Positions 1 through 10,539 of a stretch of 64,000 nt of DNA are shown in pieces. Origin of the DNA: a virus; IMG/VR virus record IMGVR_UViG_3300042691_037641, positions 3,931 to 67,930 of that record. One strand, written 5' to 3'. A model generated the notes under the pieces. That model was given only the letters and a program-made list of their open reading frames with translations. It was not told where the DNA came from and searched no databases. Every line of letters begins with the position of its first letter. Within the stretch, counting starts at the first letter, position 1. Both the position numbers and the translations under genes were made by a program.

Positions 1-1
1 A

Positions 2-1042
2 ACTATTGTTAATCAACTCGAAAAAGTTGTATTGATAAATAACTATGGAGTACTCATGATGTTAAATGATAGAAGAGAAAATAATCCTGATAGTACCGAT
101 TTACCAACTAAGAACGGAGGGGATGATGAAAAAGTATTGATATATGGCAATCCATCAAATTACGAAGGAGCGGTAAATTCTTTATTTGATTTAAATTATG
201 AAGGGGTCAATGATGAATATAACCCAATAATCGCAGAGTTTATAACTAAACATGGGTCATCATATAGTGGAATAATTTTAGACAATCTGAAAAATAACTT
301 GAGTAATTATTTAAAGACATCGCAGACTGACTTCTCAAATTCTATCTCAACTATCGTACAAGAAATTACAATTTACCAACAGAATTTTTATCAAACTGTG
401 AGAAAGGTTAGTTTAGTTTCACAATCATTGGATGGTAAATTATTATCGGGTAATGTACCAAGAGTTTATAATACATCAGGGACTTCAGAAATTTCATCAA
501 CAAGTGACCCGGCCACCGCTGATACATTGGTTGAGTTAAAAAATGATTTTGAAAGGTTTATAGATGTTTTACCAAGGTTTAATACAGTTGTAAGTGAGGA
601 TTATAATATTTTTACGAACAACTATTATGACGGTATGTATGAAACACCATTTACCGATGAATTTGACCCAACATATGAAGAATGGGATAAATATTTTTAT
701 ATTGTCATTTGTAGAATTTTAACTGATAAATCTAAATTAGAACAATTCGAAGAGGCTATCAATAAAGGATTTGAGGGTGATAACCAATTAGTAAGAAGAA
801 TAAATAGAATTGTTGAAGATGTTGCTGATAGATACAAAAAACAGATAAGAGAAGAGGAAAAATACATGAAGGACTTTAAGAAAGTTCAAGATTATAAGAA
901 GTTTGTTGATGGTTTAGATGGGGAAATGTATGTAAAAGGAAAACTTAGGAAATTCACGTATGACACAACACCAAACTCGGATGTACAAGCAAATGGAGAA
1001 AAAATTAAAGACTTATATCTAAATCCATTTAAATTTAAGTGA
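2..1042 (+). CDS. 3' part of a large phage protein, probably structural (5' end outside the window)
   Basis: The frame is open from base 2 with no stop before the annotated TTG at 32. It ends immediately before the baseplate LysM-like gene. Confidence 0.6.
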   Translation, partial: TIVNQLEKVVLINNYGVLMMLNDRRENNPDSTDLPTKNGGDDEKVLIYGNPSNYEGAVNSLFDLNYEGVNDEYNPIIAEFITKHGSSYSGIILDNLKNNLSNYLKTSQTDFSNSISTIVQEITIYQQNFYQTVRKVSLVSQSLDGKLLSGNVPRVYNTSGTSEISSTSDPATADTLVELKNDFERFIDVLPRFNTVVSEDYNIFTNNYYDGMYETPFTDEFDPTYEEWDKYFYIVICRILTDKSKLEQFEEAINKGFEGDNQLVRRINRIVEDVADRYKKQIREEEKYMKDFKKVQDYKKFVDGLDGEMYVKGKLRKFTYDTTPNSDVQANGEKIKDLYLNPFKFK

Positions 1043-1043
1043 T

Positions 1044-1370
1044 ATGGCCGGAAGACAATATTTTAACAGATATAGTAACTTTGTAATTAATGGACAACAA
1101 ACCGTTGTACCATATGTTAATTTACCAAGTAAATCGACAGATAAAAGATTTATATATAAAATTAGTCAGTCAAGACTTGATAAAATATCACAACAATATT
1201 ACGGTACTCCATATTTCGGATGGTTAATTTTAGCGGCTAATCCTAAATATGGCGGACAAGAATGGAACATTGCTGACGGGTCAATATTGACTATTCCGTT
1301 TCCTTTAGTAGCTTCGTTACAAGACTATAAAAACGCTTTAGACAATCACTTCTTCTACTATGGTAGGTAA
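1044..1370 (+). CDS. Baseplate wedge protein, LysM-like (T4 gp53 / P2 gpX-like)
   Basis: 108 aa with RLDKISQQYYGTPYFGWLILAANP...GSILTIP, the typical gp53/gpX pattern. Overlaps the hub gene. Confidence 0.75.
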   Translation: MAGRQYFNRYSNFVINGQQTVVPYVNLPSKSTDKRFIYKISQSRLDKISQQYYGTPYFGWLILAANPKYGGQEWNIADGSILTIPFPLVASLQDYKNALDNHFFYYGR

Positions 1371-4300
1371 TAACGAGAATATATTAACAGAATTTGATTA
1401 TAACAACATTACCATAGTTGACCCTAATAAAGTAGTCGATGCTCAAGGTAAAGTTAAAGAAAGATTTGTTAATCAAGAAGACCTTGTATATTACGTAAAT
1501 TTAGAATGCAAAATGCTCCCAAGAACCAAATTAGCTTTGGGAGTTGCTAATAATGATGCGATACAAACCGTATCCATCGCCTCGATTAATTTTTTAAAAC
1601 CTGGCGACAAAACATTTTTAGATAATTCATATACAGATGAAATAACTGGACAAAATTCATTAAAAGGGGAAGGAGTTAATCAACCAAAACAGACAGGAAT
1701 TTCAAATCCTAATAAAAGTAATGACTTTTACATTAGACAAACAATTACGTCGGGAGGCAAACAAGGCTCCACCGACAATGGATTATTAGGGGTAAGAAAT
1801 ATAACAGTAAAATTGGACACCTCATTCTATCCCGTAATTACAGTTGAATTAATTGATGTTAAAGGAAGAGCATTATTTGAAGGCGGAAATAATTCACCTT
1901 ATGCTGCGTTTTTTAATTTACCATACCCCAAGTTTTTCCTTACACTCAAAGGATTTTATGGAAAGGCAATAAGACTAGAGTTAATGTTACAAAGTTTTAA
2001 TTCTAGATTTGACGCGGGGACCAGTAACTTCGAAATATCTTTGGTTTTCTACACATACAAATACACTATGTTGGCGGAAATTTCGATGGGTATGTTAATG
2101 GCTACACCACACATGTTCAAATCAAGTGTTCAAGTAAAGGCACTAACAAGTGGTGGCGGAGGTACTTCACCGATAAATCAAAGTTTTGCGGAAATAGGGT
2201 ATGAAAAAATAAAAGAAATGTATTCAGAGTATAAATCAAAGGGATTAATTCCTGATGATTTTCCTGAATTAACAATAGTAGAATTACAATATAGACTCGA
2301 AAATTTTATAAAAAATGTGTTGGATAATTTCACAAAAGTTAATATGAACCCATTAACTGATTTGGAAATTTATCAAAAAACCATCAATGAATATGTGAAA
2401 GATGTATATACAGCGCAAGGCGAAACCGCGGGTTCTTGGTTTAACAAGTATATGGATACGACTGCTCCATATATTCTGGCAAATCCATTTAAAACCAAAA
2501 TATATACATTTAAGAAAAATTTTGACGCTCAGAAAAAACAAGAGGCTATCATCCAACTGAAGGCTTTAATTGATAGTTATAATAAAAAATTAAAAGACAA
2601 TAATACATTAGGTGATAACGGGTCCTATAAAATAGGTACTGAGACTAAAAGGATATCAATTCCGGTTAAGATAAATTATGATAAAACTTTTGTAAGAACA
2701 TTTACAACACCTGATGAAATAGATTTTGTCGAGACATTCAAACTAATAAGTGGCAATACTGAACCTACTGAATTACAAATTTCAGAACTGAAGTCTGACT
2801 TTTCTAAACGAAACTTATTTACCGCATCTGATACCACACTGAAGGATGGACAAATAACAACAGTCTATCAATACTTTGCTTTTGACAATAATACAAATGA
2901 AATTATAAATAATGTTTCTAATTTCATGGACCCTACTTTTCTTGGTGAGATTGAACAAATGCAAAAAAAGTTAAAAGCGTTTCAGACTCAAATTGAGGAA
3001 GATTTAACAAAGGCGCTAGCCGACCTCCTACAAAATTCAAATAACGGAATTGGGTTTGTCCCCAACATCAGAAATGTACTAGCGGTAATATATGCCAGTG
3101 GTGAGGCATTCATAAGATTAATGGACGACACTCATAGAGAGGCGTGGAATCAAAGAGACCATCCCGACAGAAAGAGCGCGATTTTCAATAAACAAATTGA
3201 AAGCGCCTCACAAGATGCTTTGGACCCTGGATTAAATAATGAAAATCCTGTATATCCGTGGCCTCAGTTTATTGTTGAGACCACAGGAGAAAAGGGACAA
3301 GAAAAATATGAGATAAAATATCCTGGCGATAGTGACGTAATACAACAAACAAAGGGATATCAATATGACGTATGGCCTGAAATTGAATTTGAGGAAGAGT
3401 TTATCAAAGGATATGTTGAGAGAACACTACCCCCACAAAATCCCAACACTGGATTTAATGAATTAACCGACCCAAAGAGAATATCTTTTAATGCGATTGA
3501 ATTCCCAATAAATAATATTGTTTTTTCAAATAAGGAAGAGGTTAAGTTTTTCTTTGAGATTTATGAAAGAATAAATTTTGTGTCGAACTATTCAAAATTA
3601 TCGAGATGTACAAATTCAATCGCCGAACAGGATAAAATTGTTGATTTATTGGCGGACGCTGAAGCAACAAATCTAATTACAAGTTTGGGTAGTACAAATC
3701 CATTCTTGTTGGAAAAATTAAAAAATTACGCGTTTGCTTCATCGAGTTATTTACAAACATTGAGGTCATTTTCTAATGACGGGACTGGACAAAGTTGGCA
3801 AAATTATTTGAGGGGAATATATAACACAAATTATATTAGAAATTTAATTACAAATTCAGAATTTGAATTCATGGATTTGGCAACATTACTTGCTCCGATA
3901 TCAGAGCCATTGGTTGGGTTGGAAAAGGAAGAGGATTTGATTAATTTTATAACAGGTGGGTCTTTATCTGATGTATTCGATGTGACCGACATTTATCCTT
4001 TCATAAGTAATGTATGGGTAAAACAAGGTTTGGCAAATGGACAATCAATATCTGATGCTAAACAAGCTTTTGCGACCGATAAAGTTTTATCGTTTAATAA
4101 AACAAAAAAAGTTATATCTGATTTTTTAGATTCTACAAGTCCTGACCAAAAAAGAATTGTTACTAACTTTATATATAAATCAAGTAAGGTCCCTAATGTA
4201 AATTCAGAAAACATTAAAACATTCTATGAAAATAGAAAACCAAAGAAACAGTTAGTGACAGAGGGTAATGTAAATTACTCAAATTATAATGGTATTTTAT

Positions 4301-7300
4301 TAAGTGCTCAAACAACTTCATTGTTGAATACACCATTTTTTGTAAATTCGATATCTGAAGGTGTAGAAAGTTTTAGGAAGTCGGACAAACATCCCTACAA
4401 AGTTGCGGCTTACTTGTTTTTAAATTCATTACCATTACCAACACTCAGAGAAAAATACCAAACTTTAGAAACATCAAATGACGAAGGAGTATTTAGTAAA
4501 CCACTAAACTATATATTTGCATCCATGAAGAAGTTTGGTGCTATTCATAAAGTACCATACCCTTGGATTTTAAAAATAGGGTCAATTTGGCATAGATATA
4601 AAGAATACAGTGATAAAGGTATTGATATTCTTGACACTTCATGGACGACATTTAACTCGTCACAAAACTTTGACCCGTTAAATTCAGACCCCACCAGAAA
4701 TTATGGATTAATTCTGAATGGGGCTCCATTTGACATTGTACTACAAAAAGATACAGTGTTTGGTACCGAAACATCATCGCTAATCAATACTGGATTTTAC
4801 CCAAAAGTTATTAACGATTTTAATGTATTTTACCAAGGGTACAACATAATAGATACTAGTACCGAAATAAAAGGAACCTGTTCTTCAAATGGGAATGTGT
4901 TAACTGTGTTGACTGTAAATCATAATTCATTAACAACGGGATTTATTCTTCAGGGTAGTGGATTAAATGGGACTCAGATACTATCTCAAACAGACGGAAC
5001 TCCTGGAGGCCCTGGAAACTATTTGGTTAGTACTTCACAGAATGTTAATAACATAGGATTTACAATAACGAATGCGTTTAATACTCCATATAGCGACCAA
5101 TCAATACAGGATAGTTTTATAAAAGGATTAAGCTTAAATTATTCCCAAGACTCAATTATAGATTTTGCGGAAGGGTTTGACGATGCAAATCCACTTAGAG
5201 ACTTGAGAATTATAAACTGGAGCGTTCTTGTGGAAGATAAGAATAGAACTAATCAATTTATAATACCATCCCAAGGCTCAACATATAATCAAACTAAGGA
5301 CGAATGCTTCAAAGACGGTAAAATAGTTAAAGAAGTTAATGGAAATACCGCAATGTTCAATGGGTCGGTCAGAATGTTTTGGGCGGCACCCCATTATGGA
5401 TATTTTGACTTTGAAAATTTATTGAAGCCGACACCGGAAGAGTATTTGAAAACTATATTCATAAATCAAGAGGAACAAGACCATTTTACGCTTAACGCTT
5501 CACCAACATACACAAAGATTAGTGAGATATTTTCGGTTTTCGAGAAGGAAATTTTGGATAAGTTTGAAGAAGAATTTTTAAGCTTCTCAGTTTGTAAATA
5601 TGATTATGTTGATAGTGGTTTGATTAAACCGTTATCCATGACCGATTCTTATGCTCAACAAGTCAATCAAACTACAACAGCAACTACCGCCACAACATCT
5701 ACAACACAACAAACTAACCTAGAATCAAGTTTAACAACCAACCTTAGAAATTTTCAAATACTCTTCACCACCATGATGACCGTACCAAAAATTACGGGTA
5801 CTACAGGTGACCAAATTATTTCTTCGGTACAGGATAAACAAACCACGACAATATCGAGTGTATTAAATAATTTTTTAACTTTCGATGTGGGATTTAAGTT
5901 TGGTAACCCATCAAACTACAATAAAAAATTATTTTATTCTTTTACTCCTTCTATAATTGATGACCCATTCACTTGGGAAAGTTATAAAGAAAAAACACCA
6001 AACGCGTTACCGACCGCTGGAGGTAGTGTAACATTAATAGACTCGAAGGCGAATTATCCTGATGCGTGGAAAGCTTTGGAAACATATGTAGGGTTTTCAG
6101 ACATATCTAGTATTAGTTATTCGGATAATGGGTCATACATTACCGACTTTTTTATTGACTTGAATGTTGCATTTAATGAAAATAATATTAAGAATTTATA
6201 CCCGATTATAAAAATTTATGCCTCACAAAAACTCGCTCAGTTTCAAACAAACTCAACTCCACCAACCTTACCCGCAACTCAACCATATGAGGGAGCATTA
6301 ATCGAAACATACGAATTAGCACCTAACGAAAGAGGAGGTACAAAAGTTTTAATTTTCAAACAAGGACCAAGAAAATTTGCGGTACTTGTCGGTCAAAATG
6401 ATGAACCAATATATGTGGGGGAAAAAATATCTATATCGGCAAATCCTGATAGTATAGGAATTGTTAATGAGGCGTTACAGGCAATTTATGGTAATCAAGC
6501 TTCTGCACCCGAAATTACTAATATTATTAAAACCCCCACACCGCAATTTCCGGCAGTACCAGACCCTGTTGGTAAATGGAGTAAGTCAACGTTATCAAAT
6601 TCATTGGGTGAATTTGTAAGAAATACTGATGAGTTTCAAAATAAAATATTAGACAGTTTTTTTATCAAAATAAGAAAAAAACTACCCGATATTAGTTTAA
6701 AATCAGAAGTTTTAAATGAGTCGGTTTTAGAGGGCCCACAACCCAAAGTTGATTTGTGGGAAACATTCAAAGCAATAAATGATAAATGGATTGCGGGTAA
6801 TGATTTTAAACAAAAAACATTATTTGAAGATGTTTTATTATTAGATAGAGCTAGTAGGAACATAGGTGATGTTGTACTTTGCGACATATATAAATTGAGA
6901 AATCAACTTATGACGATTGACCCAACTAACAATATGTTAGGATTTGTTACAACTATACTTGTAGAAAATAACTTTGTGGTTATGAATATACCATCTTATG
7001 TTAATTTTTATAATGTACAAGAAGCTCAGAAAAACGCTAAACCAAGATTGGATAGTACTTCAGATTTTGCAAATAATTTGTTTGGTACATTCTTAAATGT
7101 GGATTATAGAGACTCAAGCGCTAAAATGGTTTGTTTCTATAGTGGAAAACCAAGTGAGATTGTTGATGTAAAAGACAACGTTGATTTTAGATTTCGGGAT
7201 GATGCTTTTGAGATTACAAAGGCTTCAAGTAATCCGCTCGCTGAAAATCAAATTGATAAAACCGATTGGGATAAATCAAATAAAGTTGTTGGATTTAGTG

Positions 7301-8364
7301 TTGACATAGGCCCACAAAATCAATCTATATTTTACGGATTTAACATCAATCAAGGTAACAGTCAGAGTACTGCTGAGGCCTTACAAGTATTAAATCAGAT
7401 GGCTAATCAGGGAGGTAATAGAGCTGTAGCAACCCAAAACCTTTCTTTATATAATCTTTATAAAAATAGAAGCTATACTTGCACTGTGAGTTTGATGGGT
7501 AACGCTATGATACAACCTACCATGTATTTTAATCTCAGACACGTACCAATGTTTAGTGGTCCTTATATGATTACTAAAGTAACCCATACGGTAAATCCTG
7601 GAAGTTTCGAAACTATATTGGAAGCGGTAAGACAACCGACAGCGTCCTTACCAAAGATAGACAACTTCTTACAAATATTGAAAACAAATCTTTTGAACTC
7701 AATAGTGGAAGAAAGTAATAGACAGAAAGAAGCGATTAATAATGAGGCTAAAAAGGCGGAGAATATAAAGGCTCAACAAAAACAACTAAATGATTTTGTA
7801 AGTAGTAACCCAACAAATTCGGCCTCCGCAAATCAATCTTGTACTGCGTCTACTAATTTCGCAGAATTTACTTATAAGAAAGCCATTAAAGAAACTTTAA
7901 CAACAAATCAAATGGTTGGAAAAGTTAAATCTTTAGTGGGAGCGACTACAATAACCGCAAAAGATAAATTAAATATGTGTGTGTTTGCTGCGGCTTACAT
8001 TGCTTCAGGAACCCAAACAGGGTTTCAGGCGAATAACAATAATTTTATTGGATTGGATTTACAACAAGATTGGAATAAAAATTACATGGAAAAAACATAT
8101 TTCTGTTCATCAAGTAATGTTCCGTTTGTTTCGTTTGCAACTTCAGATGACTCACTTAAATATTTAGTTGAGAGATGGAAAGACAGAATGTATAAAGTTG
8201 AACAAATTGATGCTAAAACAATTGCTAAATTTTATATTGAACAATTCGCGGCTCAAACACTTAATAGAGAAGACATATACAATTCATATGACCCAACTCA
8301 GTTAAGTAATTTAGAGTCCGAAGTACAAAGTGCCATCAACCTCTTTAATTCATCAAATGCGTAA
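1360..8364 (+). CDS. Giant baseplate hub protein (gp27/gpD/VgrG-like) with a C-terminal lysozyme-like domain
   Basis: 2334 aa. N-terminal hub-like strands (GVRNITVKLDTSFYPVITVELIDVKG) and the hub C-terminal signature YTCTVSLMGNAMIQPTMYFNL..VPMFSGPYMITKVTHTV..GSFET, followed by a coiled coil and a GH73-like segment. Confidence 0.65.
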   Translation: MVGNNENILTEFDYNNITIVDPNKVVDAQGKVKERFVNQEDLVYYVNLECKMLPRTKLALGVANNDAIQTVSIASINFLKPGDKTFLDNSYTDEITGQNSLKGEGVNQPKQTGISNPNKSNDFYIRQTITSGGKQGSTDNGLLGVRNITVKLDTSFYPVITVELIDVKGRALFEGGNNSPYAAFFNLPYPKFFLTLKGFYGKAIRLELMLQSFNSRFDAGTSNFEISLVFYTYKYTMLAEISMGMLMATPHMFKSSVQVKALTSGGGGTSPINQSFAEIGYEKIKEMYSEYKSKGLIPDDFPELTIVELQYRLENFIKNVLDNFTKVNMNPLTDLEIYQKTINEYVKDVYTAQGETAGSWFNKYMDTTAPYILANPFKTKIYTFKKNFDAQKKQEAIIQLKALIDSYNKKLKDNNTLGDNGSYKIGTETKRISIPVKINYDKTFVRTFTTPDEIDFVETFKLISGNTEPTELQISELKSDFSKRNLFTASDTTLKDGQITTVYQYFAFDNNTNEIINNVSNFMDPTFLGEIEQMQKKLKAFQTQIEEDLTKALADLLQNSNNGIGFVPNIRNVLAVIYASGEAFIRLMDDTHREAWNQRDHPDRKSAIFNKQIESASQDALDPGLNNENPVYPWPQFIVETTGEKGQEKYEIKYPGDSDVIQQTKGYQYDVWPEIEFEEEFIKGYVERTLPPQNPNTGFNELTDPKRISFNAIEFPINNIVFSNKEEVKFFFEIYERINFVSNYSKLSRCTNSIAEQDKIVDLLADAEATNLITSLGSTNPFLLEKLKNYAFASSSYLQTLRSFSNDGTGQSWQNYLRGIYNTNYIRNLITNSEFEFMDLATLLAPISEPLVGLEKEEDLINFITGGSLSDVFDVTDIYPFISNVWVKQGLANGQSISDAKQAFATDKVLSFNKTKKVISDFLDSTSPDQKRIVTNFIYKSSKVPNVNSENIKTFYENRKPKKQLVTEGNVNYSNYNGILLSAQTTSLLNTPFFVNSISEGVESFRKSDKHPYKVAAYLFLNSLPLPTLREKYQTLETSNDEGVFSKPLNYIFASMKKFGAIHKVPYPWILKIGSIWHRYKEYSDKGIDILDTSWTTFNSSQNFDPLNSDPTRNYGLILNGAPFDIVLQKDTVFGTETSSLINTGFYPKVINDFNVFYQGYNIIDTSTEIKGTCSSNGNVLTVLTVNHNSLTTGFILQGSGLNGTQILSQTDGTPGGPGNYLVSTSQNVNNIGFTITNAFNTPYSDQSIQDSFIKGLSLNYSQDSIIDFAEGFDDANPLRDLRIINWSVLVEDKNRTNQFIIPSQGSTYNQTKDECFKDGKIVKEVNGNTAMFNGSVRMFWAAPHYGYFDFENLLKPTPEEYLKTIFINQEEQDHFTLNASPTYTKISEIFSVFEKEILDKFEEEFLSFSVCKYDYVDSGLIKPLSMTDSYAQQVNQTTTATTATTSTTQQTNLESSLTTNLRNFQILFTTMMTVPKITGTTGDQIISSVQDKQTTTISSVLNNFLTFDVGFKFGNPSNYNKKLFYSFTPSIIDDPFTWESYKEKTPNALPTAGGSVTLIDSKANYPDAWKALETYVGFSDISSISYSDNGSYITDFFIDLNVAFNENNIKNLYPIIKIYASQKLAQFQTNSTPPTLPATQPYEGALIETYELAPNERGGTKVLIFKQGPRKFAVLVGQNDEPIYVGEKISISANPDSIGIVNEALQAIYGNQASAPEITNIIKTPTPQFPAVPDPVGKWSKSTLSNSLGEFVRNTDEFQNKILDSFFIKIRKKLPDISLKSEVLNESVLEGPQPKVDLWETFKAINDKWIAGNDFKQKTLFEDVLLLDRASRNIGDVVLCDIYKLRNQLMTIDPTNNMLGFVTTILVENNFVVMNIPSYVNFYNVQEAQKNAKPRLDSTSDFANNLFGTFLNVDYRDSSAKMVCFYSGKPSEIVDVKDNVDFRFRDDAFEITKASSNPLAENQIDKTDWDKSNKVVGFSVDIGPQNQSIFYGFNINQGNSQSTAEALQVLNQMANQGGNRAVATQNLSLYNLYKNRSYTCTVSLMGNAMIQPTMYFNLRHVPMFSGPYMITKVTHTVNPGSFETILEAVRQPTASLPKIDNFLQILKTNLLNSIVEESNRQKEAINNEAKKAENIKAQQKQLNDFVSSNPTNSASANQSCTASTNFAEFTYKKAIKETLTTNQMVGKVKSLVGATTITAKDKLNMCVFAAAYIASGTQTGFQANNNNFIGLDLQQDWNKNYMEKTYFCSSSNVPFVSFATSDDSLKYLVERWKDRMYKVEQIDAKTIAKFYIEQFAAQTLNREDIYNSYDPTQLSNLESEVQSAINLFNSSNA

Positions 8365-8382
8365 TTTTTCTACATTAAATAA

Positions 8383-8394
8383 TATTTATAAATA
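8383..8394 (+). promoter_or_regulatory. TATTTATA motif (within palindrome TATTTATAAATA), putative late promoter
   Basis: Ends 7 nt before ATG 8402. The same core recurs before many genes. Confidence 0.5.
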
Positions 8395-8401
8395 AAATAC
8401 T

Positions 8402-8626
8402 ATGAACACGAAAGAAGTTTTGGATAGATACTTGGGTAAGAATACTCGTATCACCGAAAAAGAAACAGGAAACGGTTACAAAGAAGTTTGTGACTTGGAT
8501 ACAGGGGAATGTTATACTTTAAGAATGAAAGATGGATTGATTGAAAGAGTAGACAATACCATGAAACAAAATAAAAAAATTCAAGTCGAAACAATGACTG
8601 GAGTTAAACAACTTTTAAACGGTTAA
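8402..8626 (+). CDS. Small hypothetical phage protein
   Basis: 74 aa ORF with EVCDLDTGEC, preceded by the recurrent upstream motif. Confidence 0.7.
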   Translation: MNTKEVLDRYLGKNTRITEKETGNGYKEVCDLDTGECYTLRMKDGLIERVDNTMKQNKKIQVETMTGVKQLLNG

Positions 8627-8629
8627 ACC

Positions 8630-9325
8630 ATGTCCATAGATAAGAAAATTTTAGAAGAAATTCAAAGACACAAAAAAATCAATCAGTATATTACTGAACA
8701 AGATGTACCACCATTACCAGGTGAAGAAGGTGCTCTACCACCTCCTCCTGAAGCTGGTGCGGCATTACCACCTCCTCCAGGAGAACCGGCACCGGCCCCT
8801 GAAGCAGGAGCGGCTCCACCACCAGCACCACCTGCTGCGGGAGCGGCTCCACAACCTGTAGATGTTGAGAAAGACCCTGACGTTGAAAAAGTTGGTGATG
8901 AAAAAGAAAAAAGAGAAGAGTTGGAGATTACCGACTTGGTACAATCACAACAAAATGCTGAGAAAAAACAAGAAGAATATTTTGACAATCTATTCAAGCA
9001 TTTAGAGGATTTAGAGTCTAAATTAGGTAACATGGATAGTATTGTACAAAAGTTAAATGACTTGGAACAAAAAGTTGAAAAATATAGACCAAAAAGTCCT
9101 GAAGAAAAACTGGAGTTAAGAAGTTTAGACTCAGGACCTTTCAATCAAAAACTATCTCAATTCTTCGAAGACAAACAAGAAGAACTTGAAAAGACGGGAA
9201 AGAATGAGTATGTTTTAACTTCAGACGAAGTAGAAGGATTTTCACCCAACGACATTAAAAAAAGTTTCAGAAACTTTGATGATGAAAATGAGGATGGAAT
9301 ACAGGACTTCAAAGAAGTTAGGTAA
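8630..9325 (+). CDS. Pro/Ala-rich acidic coiled-coil protein, possibly a virion assembly/scaffold protein
   Basis: 231 aa. Pro-rich linker (PPPPEAGAALPPPPGEP) followed by a heptad-like acidic region. Function is inference only. Confidence 0.6.
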   Translation: MSIDKKILEEIQRHKKINQYITEQDVPPLPGEEGALPPPPEAGAALPPPPGEPAPAPEAGAAPPPAPPAAGAAPQPVDVEKDPDVEKVGDEKEKREELEITDLVQSQQNAEKKQEEYFDNLFKHLEDLESKLGNMDSIVQKLNDLEQKVEKYRPKSPEEKLELRSLDSGPFNQKLSQFFEDKQEELEKTGKNEYVLTSDEVEGFSPNDIKKSFRNFDDENEDGIQDFKEVR

Positions 9326-9346
9326 GAAAAACAATTTGTTTTATAT

Positions 9347-9375
9347 TTGACAACACTACGGCTGACACTTATATT
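9347..9375 (+). promoter_or_regulatory. Sigma70-type promoter TTGACA-N17-TATATT for the replication block
   Basis: Consensus -35 at 9347-9352, 17-nt spacer, -10 TATATT at 9370-9375, 26 nt before the SSB ATG. Confidence 0.7.
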
Positions 9376-9401
9376 TTAGTAAATTATTAATTTTATATAT
9401 T

Positions 9402-10247
9402 ATGGCGACAAACACTTTAGATTCAGTTTTGGCTCAATATGAGAGTTCAAAACAAGGTGGTTCATCTAACACCTCAAAAATGTCTCAAGATGAAAGAATG
9501 AAAAAGTATTTCGCGGCAATTCTCAAAGACAGCGAAAAACAAGGTCAAAAGCGACTTCGTATCCTACCTACAAAAGACGGAAGCTCTCCGTTCAAAGAGG
9601 TATGGTATCACGAAGTTCAAGTTGATGGTAAGTGGAATAAAATCTACGACCCAGGTAAAAATGACAATGAGCGTTCTCCATTGACGGAAGTTTATGACGA
9701 GCTCATGGCAACCGGCAGAGAGGCTGACAAAGAACTGGCAAAACAATATAAGCCACGTAAGTTTTATATTGTAAAAGTTATCGACCGTGATAACGAGCAA
9801 GACGGAGTTAAATTCTGGCGTTTCAAGCACAACTACAAGAACGAAGGTATTCTTGATAAGATTATCCCGATTTGGAGAGCAAAAGGTGATATCACCGACC
9901 CTGATAAAGGACGTGACATCATTCTTGAAATGACCAAAGCTAAAACCCCAAAAGGGGCAACATACACGGTTATTCAAACAATTATGTATGATGACCCAAC
10001 TCCTGTTCATGAAGACAAAGCAACCGCCGACTCTTGGGTTAAGGATGAGCTTTCTTGGGCTGATGTATATTCTAAAAAGCCTGTTGAATATTTGGAGGCA
10101 ATTGCTCGTGGTGAAACTCCACGTTGGGACTCTGACGCTGGCAAATATGTCTATGGAAATTCTGAAGCATCAGAAATGTCTATGGGTGGAAAAACCTACG
10201 AGGACCCACAAGTCAATGACGAACCCGATGGTGATTTACCATTCTAA
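9402..10247 (+). CDS. Single-stranded DNA-binding protein, T4 gp32-like
   Basis: RLRILP..DGSSPFKEVWYH, FYIVKVIDRD..GVKFW, ITDPDKGRDIIL, and an acidic tail ending DGDLPF. Confidence 0.8.
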   Translation: MATNTLDSVLAQYESSKQGGSSNTSKMSQDERMKKYFAAILKDSEKQGQKRLRILPTKDGSSPFKEVWYHEVQVDGKWNKIYDPGKNDNERSPLTEVYDELMATGREADKELAKQYKPRKFYIVKVIDRDNEQDGVKFWRFKHNYKNEGILDKIIPIWRAKGDITDPDKGRDIILEMTKAKTPKGATYTVIQTIMYDDPTPVHEDKATADSWVKDELSWADVYSKKPVEYLEAIARGETPRWDSDAGKYVYGNSEASEMSMGGKTYEDPQVNDEPDGDLPF

Positions 10248-10255
10248 TTAATACG

Positions 10256-10293
10256 GCATGGACACTTATTCACGGAGTGTCCATGCTTTTTTT
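10256..10293 (+). terminator. Intrinsic terminator
   Basis: 11-bp stem GCATGGACACT/AGTGTCCATGC, 9-nt loop, T7 run, directly after the SSB stop. Confidence 0.85.
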
Positions 10294-10314
10294 ATTATTT
10301 AAAAATTTATTTAT

Positions 10315-10539
10315 ATGAAAATTGCTGAAAGTATGTTGAAGGCGCTCACAAAGAGATATGAGGCCGACATCGCGGAGGCGGAAACCTCACTCTTAATTTA
10401 TTTTAACAACCCTGTTGGCATTGGAGAACATCCCCAACACTTGGAAGAAATGGACAAAATGTTGGATAAGTATGCCAACGCAAAAGACAAATTAGAAATA
10501 ATTCAAGCTCTTATCAAAATTGAACCAAATGGCAATTAA
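10315..10539 (+). CDS. Conserved small phage hypothetical protein
   Basis: 74 aa helical protein with NPVGIGEHP, a motif I recognise from T4-like aquatic phage hypotheticals. Confidence 0.7.
   Translation: MKIAESMLKALTKRYEADIAEAETSLLIYFNNPVGIGEHPQHLEEMDKMLDKYANAKDKLEIIQALIKIEPNGN

Noticed and set aside
8683-10251. Alternative ORFs 8683-9144(-), 9564-10010(-) and 9988-10251(+), and similar short overlapping ORFs elsewhere
   Set aside because: They overlap better-supported genes and show no recognisable motifs.
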